From a virus (taxonomy: Duplodnaviria > Heunggongvirae > Uroviricota > Caudoviricetes): DNA of 64,000 nt. The notes beneath the pieces are model-generated. The model saw only the letters and a list, made by a program, of their open reading frames with translations, was not told the DNA's origin and did not search any database. This document shows positions 37,319 to 46,822 of this stretch, in pieces. The translations under genes and the position numbers were made by a program. The stretch is taken from positions 14,358-78,357 of IMG/VR virus record IMGVR_UViG_3300012346_000561; one strand, written 5' to 3'. How positions within the stretch are numbered: position 1 is the first letter of the stretch; every line of letters begins with the position of its first letter.

Positions 37319-37804
37319 TTATCTCGCTACTGTAATTCCTACTTTATCTGCTCTTGTTAAGTGACAGTCTACTATTATTGATACTGATGCTCCAAATTGT
37401 TCTCCGTATGGAGTGAAGTTATAAGCATTATCTTTTCCTAAGAATAATTGATTCTCTTTTACCGTATCTACCTCGTAGTAATTCTCATGCCACAACACAA
37501 TGTCACCTACCTCAGGTACTACCTGCACATCCACTAAATCCTCTCTTAGAAACGCAAACGAAGATTGTCTTGTAAGGTCTGGTCCAAAATCATCTACAGA
37601 TACTACTTGCTCTCCTCTTGTTATTAGACAGTTTAGTTTAATTGGATTGAAGAAAATCTTATCAACCCCTTCACCGTATATATTTGTTCTTGATTGTTGT
37701 AGTGAGAATTTGTAGTAAAGAATCTCTTGCTCCACTACGCTTGATAGCAGTTCTCTGTTTATGTTTACAAACAAACTAAAATCTTTTTGGCTACCAAATA
37801 TCAT
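37319..37804 (-). CDS. Head closure / neck protein (gp14-like)
   Basis: NIYGE...K.F..PI.L, PEVGDIV.W...YYEV; position after gp13-like gene. Confidence 0.7.
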   Translation of the reverse strand: MIFGSQKDFSLFVNINRELLSSVVEQEILYYKFSLQQSRTNIYGEGVDKIFFNPIKLNCLITRGEQVVSVDDFGPDLTRQSSFAFLREDLVDVQVVPEVGDIVLWHENYYEVDTVKENQLFLGKDNAYNFTPYGEQFGASVSIIVDCHLTRADKVGITVAR

Positions 37805-38112
37805 TATCCTAAACTTTCTATTGATTGTTGTGAAATCTCTACCTTCTTTATATTAGGTACTAACCTAAATGCATCTTTTTGTAATTTATCAAATACCTGT
37901 GTTCCTGATTTGGCTGTTAGTATTTTTACTCTCAAAACTACGACGTGAATGTCCTCATTAGAGTCCACAGCACTTACTCTAGTTACTCCTGGCATTGCTC
38001 TTACGAAATCTGCAACCTCTGAGGCTGTTATCTCCTCAGTGTGCTTTATTCGTACTAACCCCTGGTATAGCGTAAATGTTTTCTCTTCGTTTAATATATT
38101 TCTTAATCTCAT
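37804..38112 (-). CDS. Small protein with N-terminal LRNILNE motif, possible ferredoxin-like fold
   Basis: 102 aa; alternating strand/helix pattern, VRAMPGVTRV. Confidence 0.7.
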   Translation of the reverse strand: MRLRNILNEEKTFTLYQGLVRIKHTEEITASEVADFVRAMPGVTRVSAVDSNEDIHVVVLRVKILTAKSGTQVFDKLQKDAFRLVPNIKKVEISQQSIESLG

Positions 38113-39314
38113 TATCCTACAAAAATTAACATTGGAACTCCTTGCAACGCATCATTTATATACTGAGTGTTTGTTGCTTGTAGTTGTAATTGATTTGTCA
38201 TAGAAGCTGTTTGCATTGTTGCTTTCAGTGTTTCTATCAGGGTTTGTTTTTCTGTTCTAGCATCGGATAGTAAATCTGCTGCATTTAATCTTGCTTCTGA
38301 TCCTGGGATTGGTACTGTTTCGTACTTACCTCTTACGTATGCTAATATCTCTTTAGATGTTGCAGCTGCATATTTGTATATCCACTGACGTCCTATTGCA
38401 TTTATTTCAGAATACACTAAATTTTGTGCATTAGCATTTGAAATGTTAGTTGTTATTCCTGAAGAAGATGTACCACCTCCTGATCCTTGAACACTTCCAC
38501 CACTATTAGCTGATGCTGCAATGCTAACTGTATCATCAATGTAGCTGTTTACTTTATCTGAAATTTTGTAGTACTGTATTTTCAACTTTCCTGCTACCTT
38601 TGGTACTGGGAATAGTGTCAATTCATTATTGTGTACTTCGAAAGAATATCCTGCTTTTCTGATTTGATCATTGAATTCAATAGCTTGTATCCTAGCTACA
38701 TCAAATGATGCTGGCATTAATAAGAAGTTCACACCTGGTGAGTATGCTCCAAATCCAAAACTATCCATTAACGATTGCACTCCTGTTCCTGTTCCTGCAT
38801 AAGGATCGAAATATCTAAGAATTGCTGGTGGTGCTTCGTAGAAAATTTTTCTAATTTCTATAGGACCTTCATTTACTAATGTCGTTAAGTCGTACTTTTG
38901 TTGATTTGCAACTAAGTCAATCATCTTATCTCTAAGAGTGATCGGTCCTCCTACACCTGCCTCAGTACCATATTGTGCACTAAATTGAATTGTTCTCTGT
39001 AAGCTAGGTCTGAATATTGTCTGGTTTACTGCATTACCACTAGCACTTCCTCCTAATTGAGATGAGATTGTCTCAGCTGTGATAGCTTCAATTACCTCTT
39101 TTCCATATGCTGTTACTGCTTCTTCGAATGCAGTGTAGAATTGTCTCTCATCTAGCTCAACATCTAATACAGGCCATCCTAGTTTCTCTGCACAATAACG
39201 TGCTACTTTAGGAGCATCCTCTTGGAATGACAAATCATCGTCATAAAATCCAAACGGAGTTGACTGTCCTGCTATGAAGTTGGTAGTTCCATTCCATATC
39301 TGTACGTTTGCCAT
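38112..39314 (-). CDS. Head-tail adaptor / neck protein (gp13-like)
   Basis: TPFGFYD, LGWPVLDVEL...Q...A.EEA, W...YA.A..KE.L..VRGKY..VPIPG....LN. Confidence 0.75.
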   Translation of the reverse strand: MANVQIWNGTTNFIAGQSTPFGFYDDDLSFQEDAPKVARYCAEKLGWPVLDVELDERQFYTAFEEAVTAYGKEVIEAITAETISSQLGGSASGNAVNQTIFRPSLQRTIQFSAQYGTEAGVGGPITLRDKMIDLVANQQKYDLTTLVNEGPIEIRKIFYEAPPAILRYFDPYAGTGTGVQSLMDSFGFGAYSPGVNFLLMPASFDVARIQAIEFNDQIRKAGYSFEVHNNELTLFPVPKVAGKLKIQYYKISDKVNSYIDDTVSIAASANSGGSVQGSGGGTSSSGITTNISNANAQNLVYSEINAIGRQWIYKYAAATSKEILAYVRGKYETVPIPGSEARLNAADLLSDARTEKQTLIETLKATMQTASMTNQLQLQATNTQYINDALQGVPMLIFVG

Positions 39315-39327
39315 AATTGCTGTTGTA

Positions 39328-39747
39328 TTAAGTTGTTGCTATAAAGTATCCAATAGTTGCTTCACTGTCTTCTGGTGTTGCTTTTATTGATCTAAGGTCC
39401 CCGTACTCAAAATTTGAAAATGTTTCGTTAACATATTCAGAGCTAAACATAAAACTTCCACTTCCTTGAAGTAAAAAGTTAAACTGTGCTGTAGATCCTG
39501 ATACTTGTAAATTTATTGATCCTGTTGAGAAGTTGGTTACCCTAGCATATCTAACACTACTTGAAACAAATGTACCTGCTCCTGGAAGTGCTGCTAAGTT
39601 TAGTATTTCAGTAACTGATCCTGAGGGTATCTGCATGACTCTGCTGTCTGCATATTTTATGTCATCTATTGATGTCTCAAAGTTTGTACCTCTTTCAACT
39701 CCGTTTAATTTAACCCTTTCTCTTATAAAGTATGTAAATTTTGCCAT
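39328..39747 (-). CDS. Hypothetical beta-rich virion protein
   Basis: 139 aa; VRYARVTN; preceded by TATTTAT. Confidence 0.75.
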   Translation of the reverse strand: MAKFTYFIRERVKLNGVERGTNFETSIDDIKYADSRVMQIPSGSVTEILNLAALPGAGTFVSSSVRYARVTNFSTGSINLQVSGSTAQFNFLLQGSGSFMFSSEYVNETFSNFEYGDLRSIKATPEDSEATIGYFIATT

Positions 39748-39781
39748 TACAAAATAGTTTATTTATAAATAGCAACTTACT

Positions 39782-40468
39782 TTAGTCCCTGAAGTCTTGG
39801 TAGACTTTTAGGATTGGAGATACTATTTCGTGTCTATGGTTCTGTTTTAATGCAAAGATTCTGAATCCTGCTACTTGTTCTTCCACTCTTGTTAGGAAAG
39901 AAAACCCTGTTTCTTTCTTTACTTTTAAATCTATTTGAGCTAAGTCTCCACATATTACCATCTTGGATCCTTTACCAAGTCTTCCTAGTACTGTTTCCAT
40001 TTGGTCTTGAGTAACATTTTGTGCTTCATCTACAATTACAAATGCATTAACAAATGTTCTACCTCTCATAAATGCGAATGGTACAATTTCTATGTTACCG
40101 TATTCTATTTCCTTATCTACCTTATCCTTACCATACAGCATATATAAGTTGTGATATATCGGTGCTAACCACGGATCCATCTTTTCTTTAAGATCTCCTG
40201 GTAGGAATCCTAACTCTTCCTTAGCTACGGTGGGTCTGGTTATGATAATCTTTTCTACCTCTCTGCTAAACAACATGTCGAGGGCTGCTTGTACTGCTAC
40301 TAAAGTTTTTCCTGAACCTGCCATTCCTTTTAGAACGACTACTGGATTTTCTACGATAAGTGCTTTTGCTAGTTTTTGTTCTTCATTAAGTTGGAGTTGG
40401 AACTTAATTGGGTTTTTCGGTTTTCTCTTTGGAGTGAAAACTTCATCAGTGTGATGGTTTGAAGCCAT
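39782..40468 (-). CDS. phoH: PhoH-like ATPase
   Basis: GMAGSGKT, ITRP, GFLPGDLKEKMDPW, FMRGRTF, DEAQN, GD..Q.D, NHR. Confidence 0.95.
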   Translation of the reverse strand: MASNHHTDEVFTPKRKPKNPIKFQLQLNEEQKLAKALIVENPVVVLKGMAGSGKTLVAVQAALDMLFSREVEKIIITRPTVAKEELGFLPGDLKEKMDPWLAPIYHNLYMLYGKDKVDKEIEYGNIEIVPFAFMRGRTFVNAFVIVDEAQNVTQDQMETVLGRLGKGSKMVICGDLAQIDLKVKKETGFSFLTRVEEQVAGFRIFALKQNHRHEIVSPILKVYQDFRD

Positions 40469-40516
40469 ATTGAAACGTTTATTTGTTTCTAATAAATATA
40501 CGAAACTTTCTTATAT

Positions 40517-40543
40517 AAAAAAAGAGGACCGAAGTCCTCTTTA
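40517..40543 (-). terminator. Intrinsic terminator after major capsid gene
   Basis: AAAGAGGAC-UUCG-GUCCUCUUU followed by U-run. Confidence 0.9.
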
Positions 40544-40563
40544 GTTATTTATTCTGTTATAAA

Positions 40564-42237
40564 TTATACAGTAGCTAAGTCGCTAACGAATACTTTACCG
40601 TAGAATTCTGGTCTGATCATTTTCTTAGCGTAACGAGTCATGATACCTTTTCTTGGAGTGAAGGTTTCTGGATCGTATACTAATGGAGTCATGATCAATG
40701 GAACGTATGGAGAATAAACAGCTCCTGTTTCCAAGAATTGAGATCCTCTGTAACCCATTAAGATTACGTTTTCAGTCATGTAAGGGTTTTTGTAAACTTT
40801 ATATCTAGAGTTTAAGTTACCTACTTTCTGAACTCCCATTGCGAATTCTAATTTGTCACCGTTTGTATCAGCTGCATATCCAGGAATTGATTCTAAGATA
40901 GTAGCTACAGTTGGAGAACATACTAAGAAGTTAGCTCCACCTCTTAAAGTTTTTTGGTGAATTTTGTTAGATACTTTTTGGATTTTAGTTCCTAAAGTTT
41001 GGAACCATTGTCCTTGAGTATTGTAGAAATCAGATCCAGCTGTTGACCAAGTTGATCCGTTCCATACTTTGTTATTCTCAGCTGACCATCTTTCAGTTGT
41101 AGCTGCATCTTGGATTAACATATCTAATAACTCTAAATCGATCTCCATAGAGATGTACTCAGATAATAATGATGTTAATTCTGCTTCAGCATCAATTGAA
41201 TGGTAAGCATTCAAATCTTGTGCGAACTCTGGAGTCCATTGAGCTTTTAATTTTCTTGTTTTAGCAACAATTGCTTCAGAAGCTAATGATACGTTGATTT
41301 CTGGGATAGAAATTGGAGCACCAGATGTGTTGTTTGATTCGTCTTCGAAATCACCTCTTGTAGTGTCAGTTGGTTGAGCAATATATTTCAAGCCTAAAGC
41401 TGTATTTGCATCAATATCTGTACTTCCTACAGTAATGAAAGAAATTGCACTTGTTGCAGAATTGTATTTAGTGTACTCATTGTAAACTGTTCCGAAATCT
41501 GTTGCAGCGTTTGTTGATGTTAAGATAAATGCTCTAACAGCTTCTAAGTCAGGACGAGTTAAGTCTGTCGCTAAGATAGTTACTTTTTTAACGTTAGCTC
41601 CGTTTCCTGCTGCAGCAATAGATGCTGAGAAGTCTACATCGTATCCGAAGTCTGAGAAGTTTGTGTTTAAGTTAACTGATGCAGTTGTGAATTTACCTGT
41701 AGCTAATGTTGCGTTTAACCCTGTAGCAGCAATTGCAAATGATGCAGTGTTGATAGAGTATCCGAATTTTCCTGCTCCGTAAAGACCTTCTGATACTTCT
41801 TCGTCAACTGACATTTTAGCGTTAGCGTTAGAAACATTACCATATAAGCTTTCTGAAGTTGTTCTTCCTTGTACTGCTGTACCATATTTGAAGTCTAAGT
41901 AGAATACTAGACCTGAAGGTAAGTTCATTGGTTGAACAGAAACGAAATCTTTAGAAGCGATTTGAGCGAATACTTTACGTACTAATGGTAAAGCAACTCC
42001 AGCCCATTGTTCAGCGTTAGCTGTACCTGTACCCATTGCACCGTTTCCAGTTACGTTAGCTTCAGATACTAATTGTTTTGCTTGATTCTCAAGAATCATA
42101 GCCATGTTGTTTTTCTCGATTTCATTAGAAATTCCTTCTAATAAACCTGTAGCACCCCATTTACCAGATAAACGAGCAGCATCTGCTTGTAAAGTCTTGT
42201 AGTTGTTAGAGCTCTCTAATAATTGATTTAATTCCAT
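40564..42237 (-). CDS. Major capsid protein (gp23-like)
   Basis: LPLVRKVF, VSVQPMNLPSGLVFYLDF, AKTRKLKAQWTPEFAQDL.AYH.IDAEAEL, YSPYVPL, TRYA. Confidence 0.97.
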   Translation of the reverse strand: MELNQLLESSNNYKTLQADAARLSGKWGATGLLEGISNEIEKNNMAMILENQAKQLVSEANVTGNGAMGTGTANAEQWAGVALPLVRKVFAQIASKDFVSVQPMNLPSGLVFYLDFKYGTAVQGRTTSESLYGNVSNANAKMSVDEEVSEGLYGAGKFGYSINTASFAIAATGLNATLATGKFTTASVNLNTNFSDFGYDVDFSASIAAAGNGANVKKVTILATDLTRPDLEAVRAFILTSTNAATDFGTVYNEYTKYNSATSAISFITVGSTDIDANTALGLKYIAQPTDTTRGDFEDESNNTSGAPISIPEINVSLASEAIVAKTRKLKAQWTPEFAQDLNAYHSIDAEAELTSLLSEYISMEIDLELLDMLIQDAATTERWSAENNKVWNGSTWSTAGSDFYNTQGQWFQTLGTKIQKVSNKIHQKTLRGGANFLVCSPTVATILESIPGYAADTNGDKLEFAMGVQKVGNLNSRYKVYKNPYMTENVILMGYRGSQFLETGAVYSPYVPLIMTPLVYDPETFTPRKGIMTRYAKKMIRPEFYGKVFVSDLATV

Positions 42238-42267
42238 TTTGTTTAATTGAATTTTTGAGATTTGTTG

Positions 42268-43665
42268 TTATTTTATAATTCCTGCTAATTTTTGCCATCT
42301 AGCTACTTGCTCAGATACTTCAGAAATAATTTCTTTCTTACCTGCAGTTGCTGCAGTACCTGCTGCTTTAGATGCAAATGATTTGTGTTCCTTAATAGCT
42401 GCTGGTTTTGCAACTACATTTTTAGAAACTGTTTCGAAAACTAATTTTACTTCTTTAACTGTCTCTGCTTTGTCAAATGCTGCGACAACATTTACTTTTT
42501 GAGATTCAGTTAAATTGTTTGCTTTGAATACTTTATTTACATAAAGTAATTTAGCGTTTAGAAGGTTAACTTCTTGAAGTTGAGTTCTTAATTCTGCTAC
42601 TGTTTCCAATGCTTCCTCTAGTTCTGCTCCTTCTCTTTGTTGAGTAACGTCTGCTGCTGCTGATCCTAATTTTTCAAGGCTCTGAGCTCCTGCTTGTGTT
42701 CTCTTACCGAAGATTCCTTTTTTTGCCATATCATTCACTTTAGACATAACAGCTGTTGCTGTTGTAAGTCCCATAGCTCCTAATACTCCAAGAATCATCT
42801 CTGCTTGAGAATTAGTTACTCCTAACAAGTCAACTACTTGTCCCATAAGACTTTCGTTTAAGACTGCTTCGTCAACTCCTTCTTTTTGTTGAGTAGTGTC
42901 TCCTGCTGCTTTACCTAATTTGGCAAGTCCTTCAGCTTTAGCTTTTATGCTTGGACCAAAAACTCCTTTTAGAGCCATATCCTGAACTTTAGCCATTGCT
43001 GCAGATGCACCTGTAAGTCCCATAGCTCCAATAACACCTAGTATCATTTGTGCTTGAGAGTTACTTACTCCTAATAAGTCAACTACTGAACCTAAAAGGC
43101 TTTCGTTTACCATTTCTTCTTCAACTTCACCGTCCATTTCAGCTAATTCAGCTAAAAGTTCGTTAATGTCGATCTCTTCTTCAGAATCCATTCCTACCAT
43201 ATCTTCACCTCCTTCTGGAGCTTCTTCACCTGGTAATTCTTCTTCTGATTCTTCGTGACCAATTTCTTGAGCTACGATATCTCTAACTAAGTCTTTGAAT
43301 TCCTCAACAGACATGTTTTCAAGATCTAACTCTTCTTCTTCTTCAGCTTCTTCGCCTTCTTCTTCACCCTCTTCTTCAGCTTCTTCGCCTTCTGCTTCTT
43401 CTGCTCCTTCTTCTTCCTCTTCAGCTTCTGCTACGTTTCCGTGTGCAGTATCACCTTCAGGGTCGTTGATCATATCCTCTTCATTTACAATTTCTTCTTC
43501 CATGTCATCTGCTTTGTCTTCCATTTCTTGAAGTTTTTGAGCTAACATTTCTTTTAAATGAGGTGTCAATGATTCTTCTAAAGCTTCTTTAGCATTAGCA
43601 ATTGCAGCTTCACGAATAGTTTTAGCTTCAGCAATAGCTTGCTTAAATAAATCTTTGTTTGACAT
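42268..43665 (-). CDS. Prohead scaffold protein (gp22-like) with internal duplicated module
   Basis: Very acidic coiled-coil; C-terminal EVNLLNAKLLY.NK.F and RWQKLAGI; directly upstream of MCP. Confidence 0.85.
   Translation of the reverse strand: MSNKDLFKQAIAEAKTIREAAIANAKEALEESLTPHLKEMLAQKLQEMEDKADDMEEEIVNEEDMINDPEGDTAHGNVAEAEEEEEGAEEAEGEEAEEEGEEEGEEAEEEEELDLENMSVEEFKDLVRDIVAQEIGHEESEEELPGEEAPEGGEDMVGMDSEEEIDINELLAELAEMDGEVEEEMVNESLLGSVVDLLGVSNSQAQMILGVIGAMGLTGASAAMAKVQDMALKGVFGPSIKAKAEGLAKLGKAAGDTTQQKEGVDEAVLNESLMGQVVDLLGVTNSQAEMILGVLGAMGLTTATAVMSKVNDMAKKGIFGKRTQAGAQSLEKLGSAAADVTQQREGAELEEALETVAELRTQLQEVNLLNAKLLYVNKVFKANNLTESQKVNVVAAFDKAETVKEVKLVFETVSKNVVAKPAAIKEHKSFASKAAGTAATAGKKEIISEVSEQVARWQKLAGIIK
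42628..43113 (-). repeat. Tandem about 83-aa (249-bp period) hydrophobic module inside scaffold
   Basis: NESL.G.VVDLLGV.NSQA.MILGV.GAMGLT.A.A.M.KV.DMA.KG.FG...LGxAA.D.TQQ.EG twice. Confidence 0.9.
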
Positions 43666-43684
43666 AATTTTTGTTTGTTTGTCG

Positions 43685-43757
43685 TACGCTTATTGTAGAA
43701 TTTTGAAGCGTAATAATGTTTTACTTTGTAGTAGATATCACATAAGGATCGTGATAT
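43685..43757 (-). promoter_or_regulatory. Two-hairpin 5' leader of scaffold-capsid operon
   Basis: AUAUCAC/GUGAUAU stem (43735-43757) and UACGCUU/AAGCGUA stem (43685-43712), just downstream of TATTTAT at 43766-43772. Confidence 0.45.
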
Positions 43758-43765
43758 ATTCTTAA

Positions 43766-43772
43766 ATAAATA
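43766..43772 (-). promoter_or_regulatory. Putative late promoter TATTTAT (scaffold and capsid)
   Basis: Follows a terminator and precedes a structured leader. Confidence 0.55.
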
Positions 43773-43792
43773 TATACTGTTTTACAAAACAT

Positions 43793-43818
43793 AAAAAACC
43801 CACCTTTTTGGGGTGGGT
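43793..43818 (-). terminator. Intrinsic terminator
   Basis: ACCCACC-CCAAAAA-GGUGGGU then U-run; near-identical to 50333-50359. Confidence 0.85.
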
Positions 43819-43825
43819 GTGTTTA

Positions 43826-44062
43826 TTATTTTACAAGGTCTAATGTCGTAATCACTTCCTCTAACGTGGCCTCAATGTCGTTGAATTCACTTTCATTTGA
43901 AGGTATTTGATTCTGCTGCTTGTATTGCTCTAGTGTTGCTAAGGCAGATTGTAAATGCTTTTGTACCTGTTGAGCTGTAATGGCTTGAGCTGACTCCTCG
44001 TTTAGAATTGATTTATTTAAGTAGTTTGCTTGCCACTTATGTATGTCAAAATTACTTTCCAT
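43826..44062 (-). CDS. Small putative head protein
   Basis: 78 aa; FDIHKWQANYL..SILNEE N-terminus. Confidence 0.7.
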   Translation of the reverse strand: MESNFDIHKWQANYLNKSILNEESAQAITAQQVQKHLQSALATLEQYKQQNQIPSNESEFNDIEATLEEVITTLDLVK

Positions 44063-44643
44063 TATGCTCTTAGTATGTTGTTAATGATAGAATCTAATCT
44101 ATCGTATTTTCCTACTTGTACTTTTCCTTCGTTTAGTGAAATTGGATTCATGAAAGCTCCTTGTGTAGAAGGATTAGAAACGAAATCCCAGCATACTAAT
44201 TCAAAGTCTGGTTGAACCATTAAAGTTCCTTCGTTTGTTTGTGATACTGATCCTGTTCCTCTTGAAGAGATTCCTATTGTATGTCCTCCTCTTAATATCT
44301 CTTTTACGATATTTCCTGAAGGTGTGTTTAGTAATTCTACTTTACCCATTAAGTCATCACCTTCCCACCATAAGTCTTTTACAACGTGGGATGCATTCTT
44401 TAAAGATACGATTGCTGATTCTGGGTGATCTAATTCTCCATAAGCATTTCCAACTTTAACAAAGTTTTCTACGTAGGCTCTTACTTGATCTTCAAGTATT
44501 TCTCTTTTGTAGATTCTTCCGTTTTGGTTCTTAGCTCCTGCTCTTTGCATAATTCCTACTACCTCAAAAACACCTGGTTTGGTTTTTGATTCGGTAAGAA
44601 GTCCTTTGAAAGGAGTTACGTTTATTAATAGTGGATTGTTCAT
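44062..44643 (-). CDS. Prohead protease (gp21-like)
   Basis: NQNGRIY, AYGELDHPE, SH, G.V.LL.TPSG.I, GISSRGTGS, WDFVSNPST..A. Confidence 0.93.
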   Translation of the reverse strand: MNNPLLINVTPFKGLLTESKTKPGVFEVVGIMQRAGAKNQNGRIYKREILEDQVRAYVENFVKVGNAYGELDHPESAIVSLKNASHVVKDLWWEGDDLMGKVELLNTPSGNIVKEILRGGHTIGISSRGTGSVSQTNEGTLMVQPDFELVCWDFVSNPSTQGAFMNPISLNEGKVQVGKYDRLDSIINNILRA

Positions 44644-45722
44644 TATAGTAAATCTTTTAATGATACTGTTTCAAATAAGTCTTCAAAACTTTCTTCATCA
44701 CTAGCTTCTTCATAACCTCTTGGGTGGGATACATCATCTTCTTCTTCATCTGGTTGATTCATCCAGTGTTGATCATAAGGATAGTCTGCATAGATGCTTT
44801 CGATTGCTCTAGTGTATCCGTAGATTCCTTCTTCTTTTAAGTAATCTTCTAATCTCTCTAATGCATCAGCTTCATCTGGACCTGTCATTATGTCGTGAAT
44901 TCTGTCTGTATATCCGTAGATTTGATTATCATCTAGGTAATCTGCTAATTCACTTTTGTATTCTGAATCTTCTTTTGGTCCTTGCATTTCGTAAACATCC
45001 TCTTCATTTTCCATCAAAGCTTTTTTGATAAGGTTTTTAATTCCTTCTTTTAAAACGCTTTCAGTCAATCCTTGTTTGTTGTTTTGAGAATCTGCGTACT
45101 CTTTAGCTTCTTCTTTTGTAGCAAATCCTTTTACTCTTGTCTCACCTTCCCAAACAGCCCAAGGCTCTTTTTTGTTTTTACAAGGACGAACAACATATTT
45201 GTCGTCTGGATTTTTAGAATGATCCTCTTTAAGGTCTTTTAGTTTCTTCATTCCATTGAACGTATCTACAGTGTTTTTTGCTGTTACTGCGACCATTTTA
45301 TCGTGAAGATCTACTTTCTTATTATTACCTGCTAATTGGTTTGTATAAAAGATTGAATCTTTTGCTAAGTTTTTAGATACTTTTGCTAATGCTTTTGCAT
45401 ACTCATCTGCTGATGGAGTACCTTGAACTCCCATTACTTCAAGCTCAACTCTTAATCCTCTTAAGATTTGTTCGTATGGATACTTGTCCATTTCGTTGGT
45501 TGGCTTGTATCTATAATCTGCTAAGTTGTTTTTTGTAAGTCTAGCCTCTTCCACTACTGCTTCTTGAATCATTCCTCTGTTCTTAAGGATCTGAACGGCA
45601 TCATCATATCCATTGAATCGAGTTACGAATTGTGGGTGTTGCATTCTAGCTTCTACTAGGAATTGCTCTTTAGAGAAGTTCCCCTCTTGAATTGCATTAT
45701 ATTTTTCTTGTAAAGTTCTCAT
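44643..45722 (-). CDS. Putative head protein with multiple [LIVM]-x-E sites
   Basis: 359 aa; RTLQE, MIQE, LKE, LTE, LME; NL.KD..FYT motif; acidic tail. Confidence 0.7.
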   Translation of the reverse strand: MRTLQEKYNAIQEGNFSKEQFLVEARMQHPQFVTRFNGYDDAVQILKNRGMIQEAVVEEARLTKNNLADYRYKPTNEMDKYPYEQILRGLRVELEVMGVQGTPSADEYAKALAKVSKNLAKDSIFYTNQLAGNNKKVDLHDKMVAVTAKNTVDTFNGMKKLKDLKEDHSKNPDDKYVVRPCKNKKEPWAVWEGETRVKGFATKEEAKEYADSQNNKQGLTESVLKEGIKNLIKKALMENEEDVYEMQGPKEDSEYKSELADYLDDNQIYGYTDRIHDIMTGPDEADALERLEDYLKEEGIYGYTRAIESIYADYPYDQHWMNQPDEEEDDVSHPRGYEEASDEESFEDLFETVSLKDLL

Positions 45723-45723
45723 A

Positions 45724-45945
45724 TTATTTATTTTCGTCTAAGTAATCAAACATTTTTGTATGTGAAGGTCTTTTTGGTCTCGCAACTGTTTTATATCCTA
45801 GTCTTTCTGCTGTCTTTGTTGCTGCATTCTTTCCTTGTCCTTTTTTTGAAAAAGCTTTTGGAGTTAGATATCCTCCTATAGCTCCTGTGACACTCATTTC
45901 GTCTAGTACTTCTTTAATTATTTCAGCTACTTGTGACTTTTTCAT
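45724..45945 (-). CDS. Small basic putative head protein
   Basis: MKKSQVAEIIKEVLDEMSVTGAIGGYLTPKAF. Confidence 0.75.
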   Translation of the reverse strand: MKKSQVAEIIKEVLDEMSVTGAIGGYLTPKAFSKKGQGKNAATKTAERLGYKTVARPKRPSHTKMFDYLDENK

Positions 45946-46796
45946 AGTACTGCTAATTCATTTACCAAGTCGTAATACTGCATTAGAGATACCAAGTGGC
46001 TATCATCTACTTTTTGAGTATTCTTAACAGTGTGCATTCCTTTGTGAATTTCTTCTAATTTGATTCGAACAACACTATCGGTTACTTTTTCTTTCAACTG
46101 CTCAACAGTATTTCTTAATATTTCAATTTGCTCATTAACTACATTTCGTAATCTAGTAGAAGAACTTGCTGCTGTTATGAATTCTTTTAAAATATTTTTC
46201 TGTTCTGGGAGTAGATCTTTGTATCTGTCGTTAAATTTCTCTAGTAAAATTTTATACGTAAGAAGTCTTAGGTCTTTGTCAAATTTAGAATACTCTTCTA
46301 TAAGTGTGTCTGTTACCTTTCCTTGTGACTGTTTTGTCTGTGTAAGGTGCTCTAAGATTGTAGTCTTATTGTTAACAAATACAGCTGGGTCTAGTAATGT
46401 TGGAGTATTTTGTGCTTCTAGTAAACAGTAAAGTGCTGCTAATGGTTTATAGTTTTCCACTTTCATCGAAAAGAATTCCTCCAAGTTATAGTGGGATTTA
46501 AGTTCTTTAATTAACTCGTACTTTTGTTTTTTCAAAGCCTCGTTATCTAATTTTCTTGAAATCTCAACAATAGTAGACACAATTGTATCTGCTTTTCTTG
46601 AACCTACTCCTTTATTTTTTAATACAAAGTCGTATAGTTTAAACTCTTTTACTAATGCAGTATTTCCTGTATAGAATTTTTTGATTACTTTTATTGCCGG
46701 TGATTCTTTCCTAGATAAGGTGTCTGCTGCCACTTGTTTTACAAGTAGTTCGAATATCAATCCAGTATTCTTATATTTCGAATGTTTTATCTTCAC
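45942..46796 (-). CDS. Prohead core-like protein downstream of portal
   Basis: 284 aa helical; MKIKHSKYKNTGLIFELL; position portal > this gene > protease. Confidence 0.65.
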   Translation of the reverse strand: MKIKHSKYKNTGLIFELLVKQVAADTLSRKESPAIKVIKKFYTGNTALVKEFKLYDFVLKNKGVGSRKADTIVSTIVEISRKLDNEALKKQKYELIKELKSHYNLEEFFSMKVENYKPLAALYCLLEAQNTPTLLDPAVFVNNKTTILEHLTQTKQSQGKVTDTLIEEYSKFDKDLRLLTYKILLEKFNDRYKDLLPEQKNILKEFITAASSSTRLRNVVNEQIEILRNTVEQLKEKVTDSVVRIKLEEIHKGMHTVKNTQKVDDSHLVSLMQYYDLVNELAVL

Positions 46797-46822
46797 AGTA
46801 TTTATGTGTTTGTTATAAATAT

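Noticed and set aside
39782-40468. PhoH as a novel auxiliary metabolic gene
   Set aside because: PhoH is a widespread marker in large aquatic phages and nothing about this copy looks unusual.
43320-43440. GAA-rich simple repeat
   Set aside because: Encodes the poly-Glu tract of the scaffold; ordinary low complexity.
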